Of a stretch of DNA of 37,167 nucleotides, positions 1 through 8,555 are shown piece after piece. The stretch's first letter is position 1, and every line of letters starts with the position of its first letter. A program made the translations under genes and the position numbers. The stretch is taken from assembly GCA_020718265.1 (NCBI GenBank), contig DYSM01000001.1, positions 1 through 37,167 of the forward strand, in the 5' to 3' direction. The notes beneath the pieces were generated by a model. That model had not been told where the DNA came from. It ran no database searches and saw nothing but the letters and a program-made list of their open reading frames with translations. This DNA comes from Draconibacterium orientale. GTDB lineage: Bacteria > Bacteroidota > Bacteroidia > Bacteroidales > JAADGE01.

Positions 1-130
1 ATGTTGCTTTGCATGTTTTTTCCTAATTTTCACCCGTGAAAATAGATTCCTATTTTATTGATATTAAGCAGTTTATAAAATATTGGTTGGAAATCAATTG
101 CCAATGATATACAAAAAAAATTAAAAGAAA

Positions 131-490
131 ATGTATAATCGTAAAAAAGGCGATATCGTTGTCGCCATTAATCACGAACAAGGCGAGACTAAGCTCTTTG
201 CGGACTTGAAAACAGCTTGCACCGAACTCGGTGTAAGCTACCGAAAAATGGAAGGTGGTGAGAACGGAAGAGAATTCCCGTTCAGAGAAGGTGAGTGGTT
301 TTTCGATTCAATTTCGGTAATAACCTCAAAAGAGGTGAAATATCGTAACGCTGTCATGGACATTATTTCTGATTCCGGAATTAATAGAGAAACTGTTGTT
401 CGTTTTTTTCAAGAACAAGCACCACTGTACACGCCCTATGACGATTATTCTAGTTCCGAATGGGCAGAGATTATTTTGCAGTTTGCTTAA
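131..490 (+). CDS. hypothetical protein, possibly a small DNA-binding protein
   Basis: 119-aa ATG ORF directly upstream of, and probably co-transcribed with, the pentapeptide-repeat gene (12-nt gap). The segments 'KLFADLKTACTELGVSYRKM' and 'GINRETVVRFF' loosely resemble NUMOD1/HTH-type motifs. The resemblance is weak. Confidence 0.45.
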   Translation: MYNRKKGDIVVAINHEQGETKLFADLKTACTELGVSYRKMEGGENGREFPFREGEWFFDSISVITSKEVKYRNAVMDIISDSGINRETVVRFFQEQAPLYTPYDDYSSSEWAEIILQFA

Positions 491-502
491 AATTACAGAA
501 AA

Positions 503-1333
503 ATGAAAGCATTACAAACAATAATTGATAGGTTTTTCAAGTCGGGGCAAAAAGGGCGAGACCTTTACAAGAGATATTCTTACCGTTTCGGGGAGGATTT
601 TTCGGGCACGAATTTTTCGGACGTGGATTTTTCGGACGCGAATTTTTCGGACGTGGATTTTTCCCGCGCGAATTTTTTTCGCACGAATTTTTCTTACGCG
701 GTTTTTTTGGGCACGGATTTTTCGGACGCGAATTTTTCGGACGCGAATTTTTTGGGCACGGATTTTTCGGACGCGAATTTTTCGGACGCTAATTTTTTTT
801 GCACGAAATTTTTCCGCACGAAGTTTTCTGACGCGAATTTTTCGGACGTGGATTTTTCTCGCGCGAAATTTTCCCGCGTGGATTTTTCCCGTGCGAATTT
901 TTCTCGGGCGAAATTTTTCCGCGTGGATTTTTCGGACGCGAATTTTTCGGGCACGAATTTTTTGGGCACGAATTTTTCGGACGCTAATTTTTTCCGAACG
1001 AATTTTTTCTGCACGAATTTTTCACGCACGAAATTTTCGGACGCGAATTTTTCCCGCGTGAATTTTTCGGACGTGTATTTTTTTGATGCGAAATTTTCGT
1101 ACGCGAAAGTCGTAAGGTCGGTGAGTTTCAATATTTATAAGTATGCGTCTTTTTCTTTTGAAATGGACACTGGAACGAGATATATACGTCTCGGTTGCCA
1201 TGTCCGAACTCTCGAAGAGTGGGAGTCTGATTTCTGGGATAATGACGAAGAGTTCCCAGATGATAATTCTGAGAAAAGCAATCTTAGGAAATTAGCTTTT
1301 GAAACACACAGGAAATGGTTCTCGAAATTGTAA
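503..1333 (+). CDS. pentapeptide-repeat protein (34 tandem pentads) with an acidic non-repeat C-terminal domain
   Basis: aa 31-200 read as uninterrupted pentads (EDFSG TNFSD VDFSD ANFSD VDFSR ... AKFSY) with an invariant central F. This matches the A(D/N)LXX pentapeptide-repeat consensus. The C-terminal 76 aa are non-repetitive and acidic (EEWESDFWDNDEEFPDDNSE). Confidence 0.88.
   Translation: MKALQTIIDRFFKSGQKGRDLYKRYSYRFGEDFSGTNFSDVDFSDANFSDVDFSRANFFRTNFSYAVFLGTDFSDANFSDANFLGTDFSDANFSDANFFCTKFFRTKFSDANFSDVDFSRAKFSRVDFSRANFSRAKFFRVDFSDANFSGTNFLGTNFSDANFFRTNFFCTNFSRTKFSDANFSRVNFSDVYFFDAKFSYAKVVRSVSFNIYKYASFSFEMDTGTRYIRLGCHVRTLEEWESDFWDNDEEFPDDNSEKSNLRKLAFETHRKWFSKL
593..1102 (+). repeat. 15-nt periodic coding repeat (units such as aatttttcggacgcg)
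   Basis: This is the DNA image of the pentapeptide repeats. The periodicity keeps several frames open on both strands, which produces the shadow ORFs 525..1061 and 694..1131. Confidence 0.9.
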
Positions 1334-1601
1334 CACAGTGGAAAAAAGTAATAGCTCCGATTATTGAAAAATTGGGGCATACTGAAAAGAAATGTTTCGC
1401 ACATTACCAGGCTCGAAGAAGAACTTGTTAAGAAATAGCCGCGAGTTTTTTTTTGTATTGTCTCTATTCGAAAAAAAGGGTTGATTCATATATATTTGAA
1501 TGTGAGTCGTGGATTGATTTTTTTTTTTTATGATAAGAAGCCGAAAGGCATTAATTTCGTAGTTTCGACTATGCTCTCGCTTTTGCGGTAGCTTTTATTT
1601 T

Positions 1602-1636
1602 GTCCTTTGCTCGGCTGCGGTATATGCTGAGTTTTG
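1602..1636 (+). promoter_or_regulatory. copy A of the recurrent bipartite motif GTCCTTT(TT)GC - N - GAGTTTTG (putative late promoter)
   Basis: gtcctttgc starts at 1602 and gagttttg at 1629-1636, exactly 27 nt from the first G as in the other copies. An ATG follows at 1642. Confidence 0.5.
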
Positions 1637-1641
1637 TAATT

Positions 1642-1887
1642 ATGTTACTCTCTGAGGCAATAGAGCTCGCACAAAACGGACAGCCGCACGATTTCACATT
1701 CGTGTCGCACGGAACTGCCAAGAAGAAACGCGAAGGCGGTTACACTGTGAACATGACGAAAGCTGTTGTAATAAGTTCGTTTAAGGAAAAACAGAAAATG
1801 AATCTAAAATCGTTAGACAGCGGGCAAATTCGTTGGTGCTATTTTGTATTACTCACACATATTGATAATGAAGAGATATTTGTATGA
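1642..1887 (+). CDS. hypothetical protein (81 aa)
   Basis: The track ORF 1600..1887 starts at TTG. An in-frame ATG at 1642 sits 6 nt after the -7-like box. The stop overlaps the portal ATG (ATGA at 1884). Confidence 0.45.
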   Translation: MLLSEAIELAQNGQPHDFTFVSHGTAKKKREGGYTVNMTKAVVISSFKEKQKMNLKSLDSGQIRWCYFVLLTHIDNEEIFV

Positions 1888-3263
1888 AAGAAGAAAAGTT
1901 TGAATTACTTGTGCCATTTTCGGCAAGCTATTTGCCCGGCGCACGTGCAGCGGTAACTTTCGCATCCACAGATTATTTCACGGAACCGGATAAGCCTATT
2001 TCTGTCAGTGAGAAATATCGCGGTGCTGTGCCGTGGGGCTCTGACAATGACTTGCCTAGATATATTACGGACACGCTCGGGAAGAATCCTGTCGGCTCCG
2101 GAAGTATGGAATTGCGCATTGATATTGCTTACGGCGCAGGCGTGAAGTTCGGCGTTATGGACGAAAACGGCGAATTTCGCGAGGCTACTCAGCAAGAAAA
2201 ACAAGGCGTATATGCTGCTGTTGAGCAGTTTTTTCAAGATAACGATATGAACACGTTCATGTCGGAATTGATTACGGACATTAATTTTTTCTACAACGGT
2301 TTCGTTGAAATCATTCTCGATATGAATGAAACAGGCAGTCGTCGCGTTGTTTCGATGGCGGCAAAAGAGGCGTATTTTTCGCGTTGGGAAACTGCAAATC
2401 CTGATACCGGCATTGTTGAAAATCATTTCTATTCTGCGCTGTGGCCCAAAAAACCGAAGGATACTGAGGTTACAATTACACCTGTAATTTGGGCGAAAAA
2501 TGCCGCCAAAGAACTTGAAATTCGTATCGGTCGCCGACCGAATGATGTCGGCAAAACTAAGGATGAAAAGGAATTCCGGTATATTCTTCCTGTTCGCTTG
2601 CCTTCGCCCGGACGAACATACTACACGAAGCCATATTGGTATTCTGTAATAGAATCCGGTTGGATGGAATTTGCGAACAAAATTCCGGAATTTAAAAAAC
2701 AATTTATGCTTTACAGCATAAATATTGCGTATCATATTGAAATTAACGAACAATATTTTCCGAAAATATTCGCCAAAGAAGGCATTACAACCAAGAAAGG
2801 GCAGGAAGAGCGCGTGAAAAAAGAACTCGACAATTTGAATGAGTTCTTGAAAGGCGCAGAAAAAGCGGGCAAATCCATGATTACTTATTTCAAATCTACG
2901 CCCGACGGCAAGGTTGAAATTCCTGATATTAAGATTCATGTCATTGATAAGAAAATTGGCGGCGAATATATTGACGATTCGCACGAAGCCTCTGCAATGA
3001 TTGCTTACGCCATGCGTGTGCATCCGTCGCTCATCGGAACTATACCCGGCAAAACTACATCCAATCTTTCAGGTTCTGACAAGCGCGAACTGTTACGTAT
3101 TGCACAGAGTTTGCAGAAACGAGTTCGAGACCAAATCTTGAAACCGCTGTATCTGGTAAAACAGATTAACAAATGGTCGCCTGAGATTGAATTTTCAATC
3201 CCTGATATTTTCCTGACCACGTTGGATACCAACGGCGAAATCGACAAATCCGCACAAGTATGA
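1884..3263 (+). CDS. putative portal protein
   Basis: 459 aa. It is the first large structural ORF downstream of terL if the contig is circular, and its size is typical for portals. It is translationally coupled to the next gene (ATGA at 3260). No diagnostic motif was recognised, so the call rests on position and size. Confidence 0.55.
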   Translation: MKEEKFELLVPFSASYLPGARAAVTFASTDYFTEPDKPISVSEKYRGAVPWGSDNDLPRYITDTLGKNPVGSGSMELRIDIAYGAGVKFGVMDENGEFREATQQEKQGVYAAVEQFFQDNDMNTFMSELITDINFFYNGFVEIILDMNETGSRRVVSMAAKEAYFSRWETANPDTGIVENHFYSALWPKKPKDTEVTITPVIWAKNAAKELEIRIGRRPNDVGKTKDEKEFRYILPVRLPSPGRTYYTKPYWYSVIESGWMEFANKIPEFKKQFMLYSINIAYHIEINEQYFPKIFAKEGITTKKGQEERVKKELDNLNEFLKGAEKAGKSMITYFKSTPDGKVEIPDIKIHVIDKKIGGEYIDDSHEASAMIAYAMRVHPSLIGTIPGKTTSNLSGSDKRELLRIAQSLQKRVRDQILKPLYLVKQINKWSPEIEFSIPDIFLTTLDTNGEIDKSAQV

Positions 3264-4147
3264 GCCGCACAATTTTCTTAACTATTGCCGAAATTAAGGA
3301 GCAAATCAGTGTTGATATTAGCTCCGATATTCGTACGCTGCAACCTTACATCAAACAAGCCGAAACGCGCTATCTGAAAGAAATTATCGGAACAGATTTG
3401 CTTGAATTACTTCGCGCTGCCGTAAACGACGAAGATGCAATCACGCCCGAACTTGAAGCCTTGCTTCCTGTTGTGCGCTACCCTGCCGCACATTTCGCGT
3501 ATATGTTGGCTGTGCCGCAATTATCGCTGAATGTCGGCGAGACCGGCATCGGCGTAACGATGAGCGGAAACTTTGAACCGGCAGCCGAATGGCGATTGAA
3601 AAACTTTTCAATTTCGCTCGAAAATACAGGCTACGACGGCGTTGAGGAATTGCTTGAATTCCTTGAAACCTATGTTGCCGACTACCCGGAGTGGGTTTTG
3701 TCTCCCGCATATTCGTTCAACAAAAAGTTATTTGTGAATAATGCTGCCGAGTTTGAAACGGCTACGATGATTGACATTCCGCGTCTGAAATTCCTGCATT
3801 TGCGTTCGCATCTGTATATGTTTGAGCAAAATACAGTGAAAAAAACAATTTCGGCGGCACTTGCCGACGAAATAAAGGCGCAAATCATTGCGGATACGCT
3901 CTCGCCTGAGAATGAGTTGCTGCTCAACTCCTACATTCGCCCGGCGGAATGTTATTTCGCACTGTGGAAAATGGAAGATAAGGCCGAATTGAAGCTCGAA
4001 TATACCCGACTGGTTGAAGAATTACAGGCATATCTGAACACGAATGCCGCAACCTATCCGCTGTATGAAGCTTCTGACTGCTACTCAACCTTGAGCGTGA
4101 TTGGGTTGAACGACGAAGCCAGCGGATTTTTCATGATGGGACGATGA
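3260..4147 (+). CDS. hypothetical protein (head/connector module)
   Basis: 295-aa ORF. Its start overlaps the portal stop and its stop overlaps the next start, giving an operon-like arrangement. Confidence 0.6.
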   Translation: MSRTIFLTIAEIKEQISVDISSDIRTLQPYIKQAETRYLKEIIGTDLLELLRAAVNDEDAITPELEALLPVVRYPAAHFAYMLAVPQLSLNVGETGIGVTMSGNFEPAAEWRLKNFSISLENTGYDGVEELLEFLETYVADYPEWVLSPAYSFNKKLFVNNAAEFETATMIDIPRLKFLHLRSHLYMFEQNTVKKTISAALADEIKAQIIADTLSPENELLLNSYIRPAECYFALWKMEDKAELKLEYTRLVEELQAYLNTNAATYPLYEASDCYSTLSVIGLNDEASGFFMMGR

Positions 4148-4881
4148 GGGCCTATGAAATGAATTATAAGCGTTCGATTCCTGTGGAGTGGAACGGACTA
4201 TCGGCAGAGGAACTGTCGTATGCTTTGCATCTGAAAAAATTGAACCTCACAAAAGAGGCATTCAATGTGCTGTTTTTGCGGCACGCGCTGAAAATTCCGC
4301 ATCGAAAATTCTATTTGATTCCTGCCGTAGAAATGGCAAAATATGCCGAAAAGATTGAATTTTTGCACAAAAAAGCGGAATTGACCGTCAATAAGTTCCC
4401 TTTTTTGAAGTTCCGAGGAAAAGAACTCAAAGGACCTTCCGACGGTATGACGGACATCTCGTTCGAGCAATATTTTGGTTATGCGTCCATGTATTTGGAC
4501 ATGTTCGCCGAAACACATAAGGACTATTGGTTGAATCGTTTTGTGTCTGCGCTGTATCATGAAGGCGAGTTCAATGCAGACAACATCGAACGGAATGCGA
4601 TTCTGATTGAGAAACTGCCCGTGTACACGAAGGAAGCTGTGTTGCTGTTCTATACATCTTGCTCCGATGTTTTTCCAAACAGATTCCCGGAATTGTTCTC
4701 GAAATCAGTCGCGCCTGTGCGAGACGACTTGCACTATTTTAAGATGTTGGACAACATTGCGGACGGCGCACTTGCCGACAATCACTTCGTGAAACGCTCA
4801 AATATTATTGAAGTGTTCATTCGCCTACAGGCGATGCACAAGGAAAATGGAGAATTCAAAAACCGCACACATGGATATTAA
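4144..4881 (+). CDS. hypothetical protein (head/connector module)
   Basis: 245-aa ORF with overlapping start and stop junctions on both sides. Confidence 0.6.
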   Translation: MRAYEMNYKRSIPVEWNGLSAEELSYALHLKKLNLTKEAFNVLFLRHALKIPHRKFYLIPAVEMAKYAEKIEFLHKKAELTVNKFPFLKFRGKELKGPSDGMTDISFEQYFGYASMYLDMFAETHKDYWLNRFVSALYHEGEFNADNIERNAILIEKLPVYTKEAVLLFYTSCSDVFPNRFPELFSKSVAPVRDDLHYFKMLDNIADGALADNHFVKRSNIIEVFIRLQAMHKENGEFKNRTHGY

Positions 4882-5377
4882 CGCGTATTTCGAACTGCTT
4901 GCCACCGAGCATAATAAGATATATCACACGGAAGATGCGCCTGCATTCTTCAATGAGTTCAGCACGTCGCGTATTATCTTCGATAATTCCGATTTTCTTG
5001 CAAAAATGCGCTACGTGAAAGATACCGCGCTCATTGCTCAGTGGAACGAGGACGGCGGCTGGGACGGACCAAGCCACGACAAACGCTACCGATATTATAC
5101 CGGTGCAGTGATACTGGTGCAACGTGTGCGCGACGGCGACATTACCGGCGCACGGTCGGAATGTAATTCGATTTTCGAGGATATTATTTCACGAATTGAA
5201 TACGATTCGGAGCAAGGCACGATTCCGCAAAACGTGCAATTCTATCTGAATGAAACCACGGCGCACGCCATCGGGATGATTGCCGATAAGTATTACGGCA
5301 TAATGTATATGATGCGTTACCGCGATTTTGCAAGCTGTACACCTTATAACCCCGACACATGGATATTACCGTCGTAG
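4871..5377 (+). CDS. hypothetical protein (head/connector module)
   Basis: The track ORF begins at 4808. The in-frame ATG at 4871 (MDINAYFELL...) overlaps the preceding stop (4879-4881), as at the neighbouring gene junctions. Confidence 0.5.
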   Translation: MDINAYFELLATEHNKIYHTEDAPAFFNEFSTSRIIFDNSDFLAKMRYVKDTALIAQWNEDGGWDGPSHDKRYRYYTGAVILVQRVRDGDITGARSECNSIFEDIISRIEYDSEQGTIPQNVQFYLNETTAHAIGMIADKYYGIMYMMRYRDFASCTPYNPDTWILPS

Positions 5378-5811
5378 GGCTAAGTCCGAAATCGGATGTT
5401 GATTTGCGACGTTGGGCGGAAATTACCATTGAGAAGTGGCAATTTGTCATCATGAAAAAGAGGCTCATGCACACGGGCGACTTGCTCAACAGCTTCCAAT
5501 CGCATGTTACGATGGATGCCGACGGCAATTCCGCGCTCATTTCGTTTGCATTTCAATACTATTTGCGTATGTTAGAAATGGGCGTGGGCAAGGGCGTGAG
5601 TTTCGGCGATGTGAAAAGTAATACCCAAAACAGACGTGAGGACGGACGGCAGAAAGGCAACCGCCGCAAACAGATACGCGGACTATACAACGGCGTATTT
5701 TTCGGCGAAGCGATGCGCTTACTTGAATTGATGCAGGCGGCGTATGCCAAAGAAGGCGCGAAAATTATTACGGATGAATTTATGCTCGGCTCAGGAAAGC
5801 CGACAGTATAG
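5359..5811 (+). CDS. hypothetical protein, possibly an HK97 gp10-like head-tail/tail-completion component
   Basis: 150 aa. 'MHTGDLLNSFQ' resembles the TG-x-L-x-x-S motif I associate with gp10-family proteins. It is the last gene before a strong terminator. The functional call is weak. Confidence 0.4.
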   Translation: MDITVVGLSPKSDVDLRRWAEITIEKWQFVIMKKRLMHTGDLLNSFQSHVTMDADGNSALISFAFQYYLRMLEMGVGKGVSFGDVKSNTQNRREDGRQKGNRRKQIRGLYNGVFFGEAMRLLELMQAAYAKEGAKIITDEFMLGSGKPTV

Positions 5812-5854
5812 AAAACTAAGTAGCTTTTTCTTCGTTCATATTTTATGCGTTTTA

Positions 5855-5885
5855 CACTCCGAATTCTTGTTCGGGGTGTTTTTTT
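5855..5885 (+). terminator. rho-independent terminator
   Basis: cactccgaa / ttcggggtg stem with one mismatch, followed by T7 (5879-5885), 44 nt after the stop at 5811. Confidence 0.7.
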
Positions 5886-6270
5886 AACTTCTATTTGCAG
5901 CAAGTTACAATCCTTTCGTTGAACCTGCATTTATTTTTTTGAATAATGCAGGTAGGGTAAAATTATTTAGAATGATTCTAAATAATAAACGACTTGAAAA
6001 TAATTTTGCCGATTAAAATAAACGGTTTACATTTGCAGCGTTCCAAATACAGATGACTATGTCATACGCTGAATTTTCAAATATTAACAATACGCCATCG
6101 GGTAAAATCTACCAAGTGCTTCGGCATGGAAGTCTGTTTTTGGAACAACCCGATGGTTTTTTATTTTATAAATTTTTCTATATGTTCCAAAAACAGCAAG
6201 TACAACACGTCGCGAAAGCCCATGTTGTAAATCCGCTCATTCGTGCGGTTATCGTTTCCGTAATTTTGGC

Positions 6271-6298
6271 AACTGCTGCCGCAGTTTTTTTTTTTTTT
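6271..6298 (+). terminator. hairpin plus T14 tract (terminator-like)
   Basis: aactgc-tgcc-gcagtt stem-loop running straight into a run of 14 T (6285-6298). It lies inside the doubtful ORF 6053..6322. Confidence 0.5.
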
Positions 6299-6441
6299 AA
6301 ATTGGAGGTGTGCTATGTATAAGCTCAGCTCCGAAGGCAGCCGCCCGCGCTTTGCCATATTCCGTTGGTTTGCTTTTTTCCGTGCCGGAAAGAGCGCAAA
6401 CCGTAGTAATAAAATTGTATTAGTAGAAAAATTACGCAGAA

Positions 6442-6729
6442 ATGGATAATCAAACCAAACCAATCCGCCCGATGCACAGCTTCGAAGTATTTATCGTTAC
6501 CATCAACGAGCTGCCTATAGTTCAATTGGTAATGCCGTTGCGCTGCACTTCTGAGCAGCTCTCATCGTTTCGTTCCGTAATTTTGGACATGTTAACGGGC
6601 AAAATAATCGAGTTTCAAATTGCCACCGGCGCAAGTCCGTATTACGATAAAGGCATGTTCTCCTTGTCGCGTTGCGGTACCCGCGAGAGCTTCAAAACGT
6701 TAATACTTAGTTCAGCATGGCAATATTAG
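6442..6729 (+). CDS. hypothetical protein
   Basis: 95-aa ATG ORF that overlaps the start of the next gene by 13 nt. Confidence 0.4.
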   Translation: MDNQTKPIRPMHSFEVFIVTINELPIVQLVMPLRCTSEQLSSFRSVILDMLTGKIIEFQIATGASPYYDKGMFSLSRCGTRESFKTLILSSAWQY

Positions 6730-7145
6730 TATACAACGGAATGAAGCTGCGACGCGGCAAATTCTACGATGAAAAAGGCGAGCCGGTTTCGCTACTAATG
6801 GGCAACCCCACACAAATACGCCTGCGCGAAATGGCTGAGGCAATGCACGACGAATATACCGAAGGCAAATTGTTGGACGAAAATGATTTTTTTTTAAGTG
6901 AATCTTCGGCAGAATTGGTTGCATTTTGTTCCTGCGGCGGCGAATTGAATTATGTTATCGAAATCGATGATGTGGATAATGTTTGGGAAGAAGTAGAAGT
7001 TTTCTTGACCAAAGAAAAAAAACCAACAATTGAATGCGTTGATTGCAATCTTCGTTACAAACTGCGCTATAACGAAGATTGCAACCATCCCGAGCTGCGC
7101 AGAGTAAGGACTGAGAGACGTCATGAAATTAAGGCAGACAAATGA
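6717..7145 (+). CDS. hypothetical protein with a possible zinc ribbon
   Basis: 142 aa. Cys pairs C-S-C (AFCSCGG) and C-x2-C (ECVDCN) about 45 aa apart. The stop overlaps the next ATG (ATGA at 7142). Confidence 0.5.
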   Translation: MAILVYNGMKLRRGKFYDEKGEPVSLLMGNPTQIRLREMAEAMHDEYTEGKLLDENDFFLSESSAELVAFCSCGGELNYVIEIDDVDNVWEEVEVFLTKEKKPTIECVDCNLRYKLRYNEDCNHPELRRVRTERRHEIKADK

Positions 7146-7849
7146 AACAGTTCGCAAACAAATACAATTCTTTTCTGTCCGAAAGCGGCGTAAGTTATGC
7201 CTTGTTTTTCGTCATGGTTGAACTGATAGGCATCAATACCTTCTCATTGCGATTCGTTCTGCAATCGCAAAACGAATCGCTTACCAATTGGATGCCTGCA
7301 TTCATCGGCGCGTTGGCGTATAGCATAACTACTATTGTGGTGATGCAACGCCAAGGGCACGCGCAACTTAAACGCATCCTCCCTACCCTTGACGCGCTAC
7401 TTGTTTTGCTCGGCATGAATATCAATATTCTCGACCAAGCCGCCGACGGAACGCTTAACTATGTAGCTGTTATTTTGTCACTGTTATTTGCTGTATTTAC
7501 GGCGGTTATCACATATTCCCTCGGACAAATTAATAACGAAGCTCGCCCCGATATGGTTACGAAAACCGACTACGACCAAGTCGTGCGCAACTCCGCCGGA
7601 CTTGCTTTGCAGGTTACAACAAAGGTTGTAAAGTTGAAGGAAATGAATGTCGAAATAACAGATTTGAGAAGTCAGTTGTTTCTCACAAGGAAAGAACTCA
7701 GCGAAATGCAGCGCACACACAGCATGTATTACGACGGTTGGTTGCGACATAATAAGTCGCGCATTCTGAAAATGAAACCCGAAGCGCGAACCGCCGAGGA
7801 TAACGAAATCTTAGAAAAATTCAATCACTTACAAAATCAAGAATTATGA
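7142..7849 (+). CDS. hypothetical membrane protein with a C-terminal coiled coil
   Basis: 235 aa with about four hydrophobic helices in the N-terminal 130 aa, followed by a heptad-like charged segment. Confidence 0.55.
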   Translation: MKQFANKYNSFLSESGVSYALFFVMVELIGINTFSLRFVLQSQNESLTNWMPAFIGALAYSITTIVVMQRQGHAQLKRILPTLDALLVLLGMNINILDQAADGTLNYVAVILSLLFAVFTAVITYSLGQINNEARPDMVTKTDYDQVVRNSAGLALQVTTKVVKLKEMNVEITDLRSQLFLTRKELSEMQRTHSMYYDGWLRHNKSRILKMKPEARTAEDNEILEKFNHLQNQEL

Positions 7850-8118
7850 TTATTACTGAAGATACATATTTCGTAACTATCTCGAAATACCAAATGGAAT
7901 ACCACTGCCTTGTTCCGAATTCACATCATACTATTTTGCTGTTTTTATTCCAAAAAAAAAATTATGCAAAACTTATCTATAAATTTGTGAATGAATATGT
8001 GTATGATGACCAGGAAAGTCATTACAGAACATACGCGATTAAAACTTACGCATCTACAAAATTGGACTTTCAAAGAGCCGAACAAATTATCAATCGAAAA
8101 TTAAAGTTAGAATTATGA
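7846..8118 (+). CDS. hypothetical protein
   Basis: 90-aa ORF with ATGA overlaps at both ends. It contains an A10 run (7952-7961). Confidence 0.45.
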   Translation: MIITEDTYFVTISKYQMEYHCLVPNSHHTILLFLFQKKNYAKLIYKFVNEYVYDDQESHYRTYAIKTYASTKLDFQRAEQIINRKLKLEL

Positions 8119-8396
8119 AAACAGTCATTGCAACAGTTGTAATAATCGTGCTCGCAGCAGCAGGTTACAATATCTACAAAAGTCAGAACACCGTAACACA
8201 GGATGAGTTTCACGACTACCGCAAGGAGTTCCGCGCCGAAATAGACAGCATCAAAACCGAACTGCGCGACGTTGCCGCCGATGTGGACACACTGAAATTC
8301 GATACTGATACGCTGAAACGTGGTCAGGAAGTTATCTATAAGGAAGTTCGCAAAGTAACTTCTAAACAAACACCGAGTTTTTGGGGTAATTTTTAA
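8115..8396 (+). CDS. single-pass membrane protein with a coiled-coil ectodomain (lysis-associated, i-spanin-like topology)
   Basis: 93 aa with an N-terminal TM helix (VIATVVIIVLAAAGY) and then a charged helical region. It sits immediately upstream of the other lysis-cassette genes. Confidence 0.45.
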   Translation: MKTVIATVVIIVLAAAGYNIYKSQNTVTQDEFHDYRKEFRAEIDSIKTELRDVAADVDTLKFDTDTLKRGQEVIYKEVRKVTSKQTPSFWGNF

Positions 8397-8399
8397 GTT

Positions 8400-8555
8400 A
8401 TGTTTGAAGCAATTTTCTTAATAGATATTATCGGTGCGTTGTATTTCATAGCGCGAATGATCGGCGCAAAAACAAAAACTCAAAAGGTTGCATTTCCAAC
8501 CTTAGTTGTGCTCTCAATTGTTTCGGCTGTTTTGGTAATCTCAATATTAATGTGA
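8400..8555 (+). CDS. unlisted 51-aa two-TM protein, holin candidate
   Basis: Hand translation from ATG 8400 gives MFEAIFLIDIIGALYFIARMIGAKTKTQKVAFPTLVVLSIVSAVLVISILM*. That is two hydrophobic helices separated by a basic loop. The TGA overlaps the next ATG (TGATG at 8553-8557). It is below the 60-aa cutoff of the ORF track. Confidence 0.4.
   Translation: MFEAIFLIDIIGALYFIARMIGAKTKTQKVAFPTLVVLSIVSAVLVISILM

Noticed and set aside
593-1102. Possible CRISPR array or other non-coding tandem repeat
   Set aside because: The period is 15 nt, there are no unique spacers, and the repeat is in frame within a long ORF that encodes a recognisable pentapeptide-repeat protein.
525-1131. Long ORFs 525..1061 (+) and 694..1131 (-) overlapping the pentapeptide-repeat gene
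   Set aside because: They are shadow ORFs created by the 15-nt periodic repeat, which contains no stop codons in several frames. Their translations (RIFRTWIF..., EKFASEKF...) are the same repeat read out of frame. Only 503..1333 has non-repeat N- and C-terminal domains.
1905-3023. 372-aa minus-strand ORF antisense to the portal gene
   Set aside because: It is fully contained in the better-supported + strand gene that is coupled to its neighbours. The translation is low-complexity (R/F/N/I-rich) and no other minus-strand genes occur in this module.
6053-6322. 89-aa + ORF in the 5886-6441 gap
   Set aside because: It was not accepted as a gene. It runs through a hairpin plus T14 terminator, its C-terminus (FFFFKLEV) is encoded by the T-run, and it lacks coupling to its neighbours. 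It is kept only as a question under the findings.
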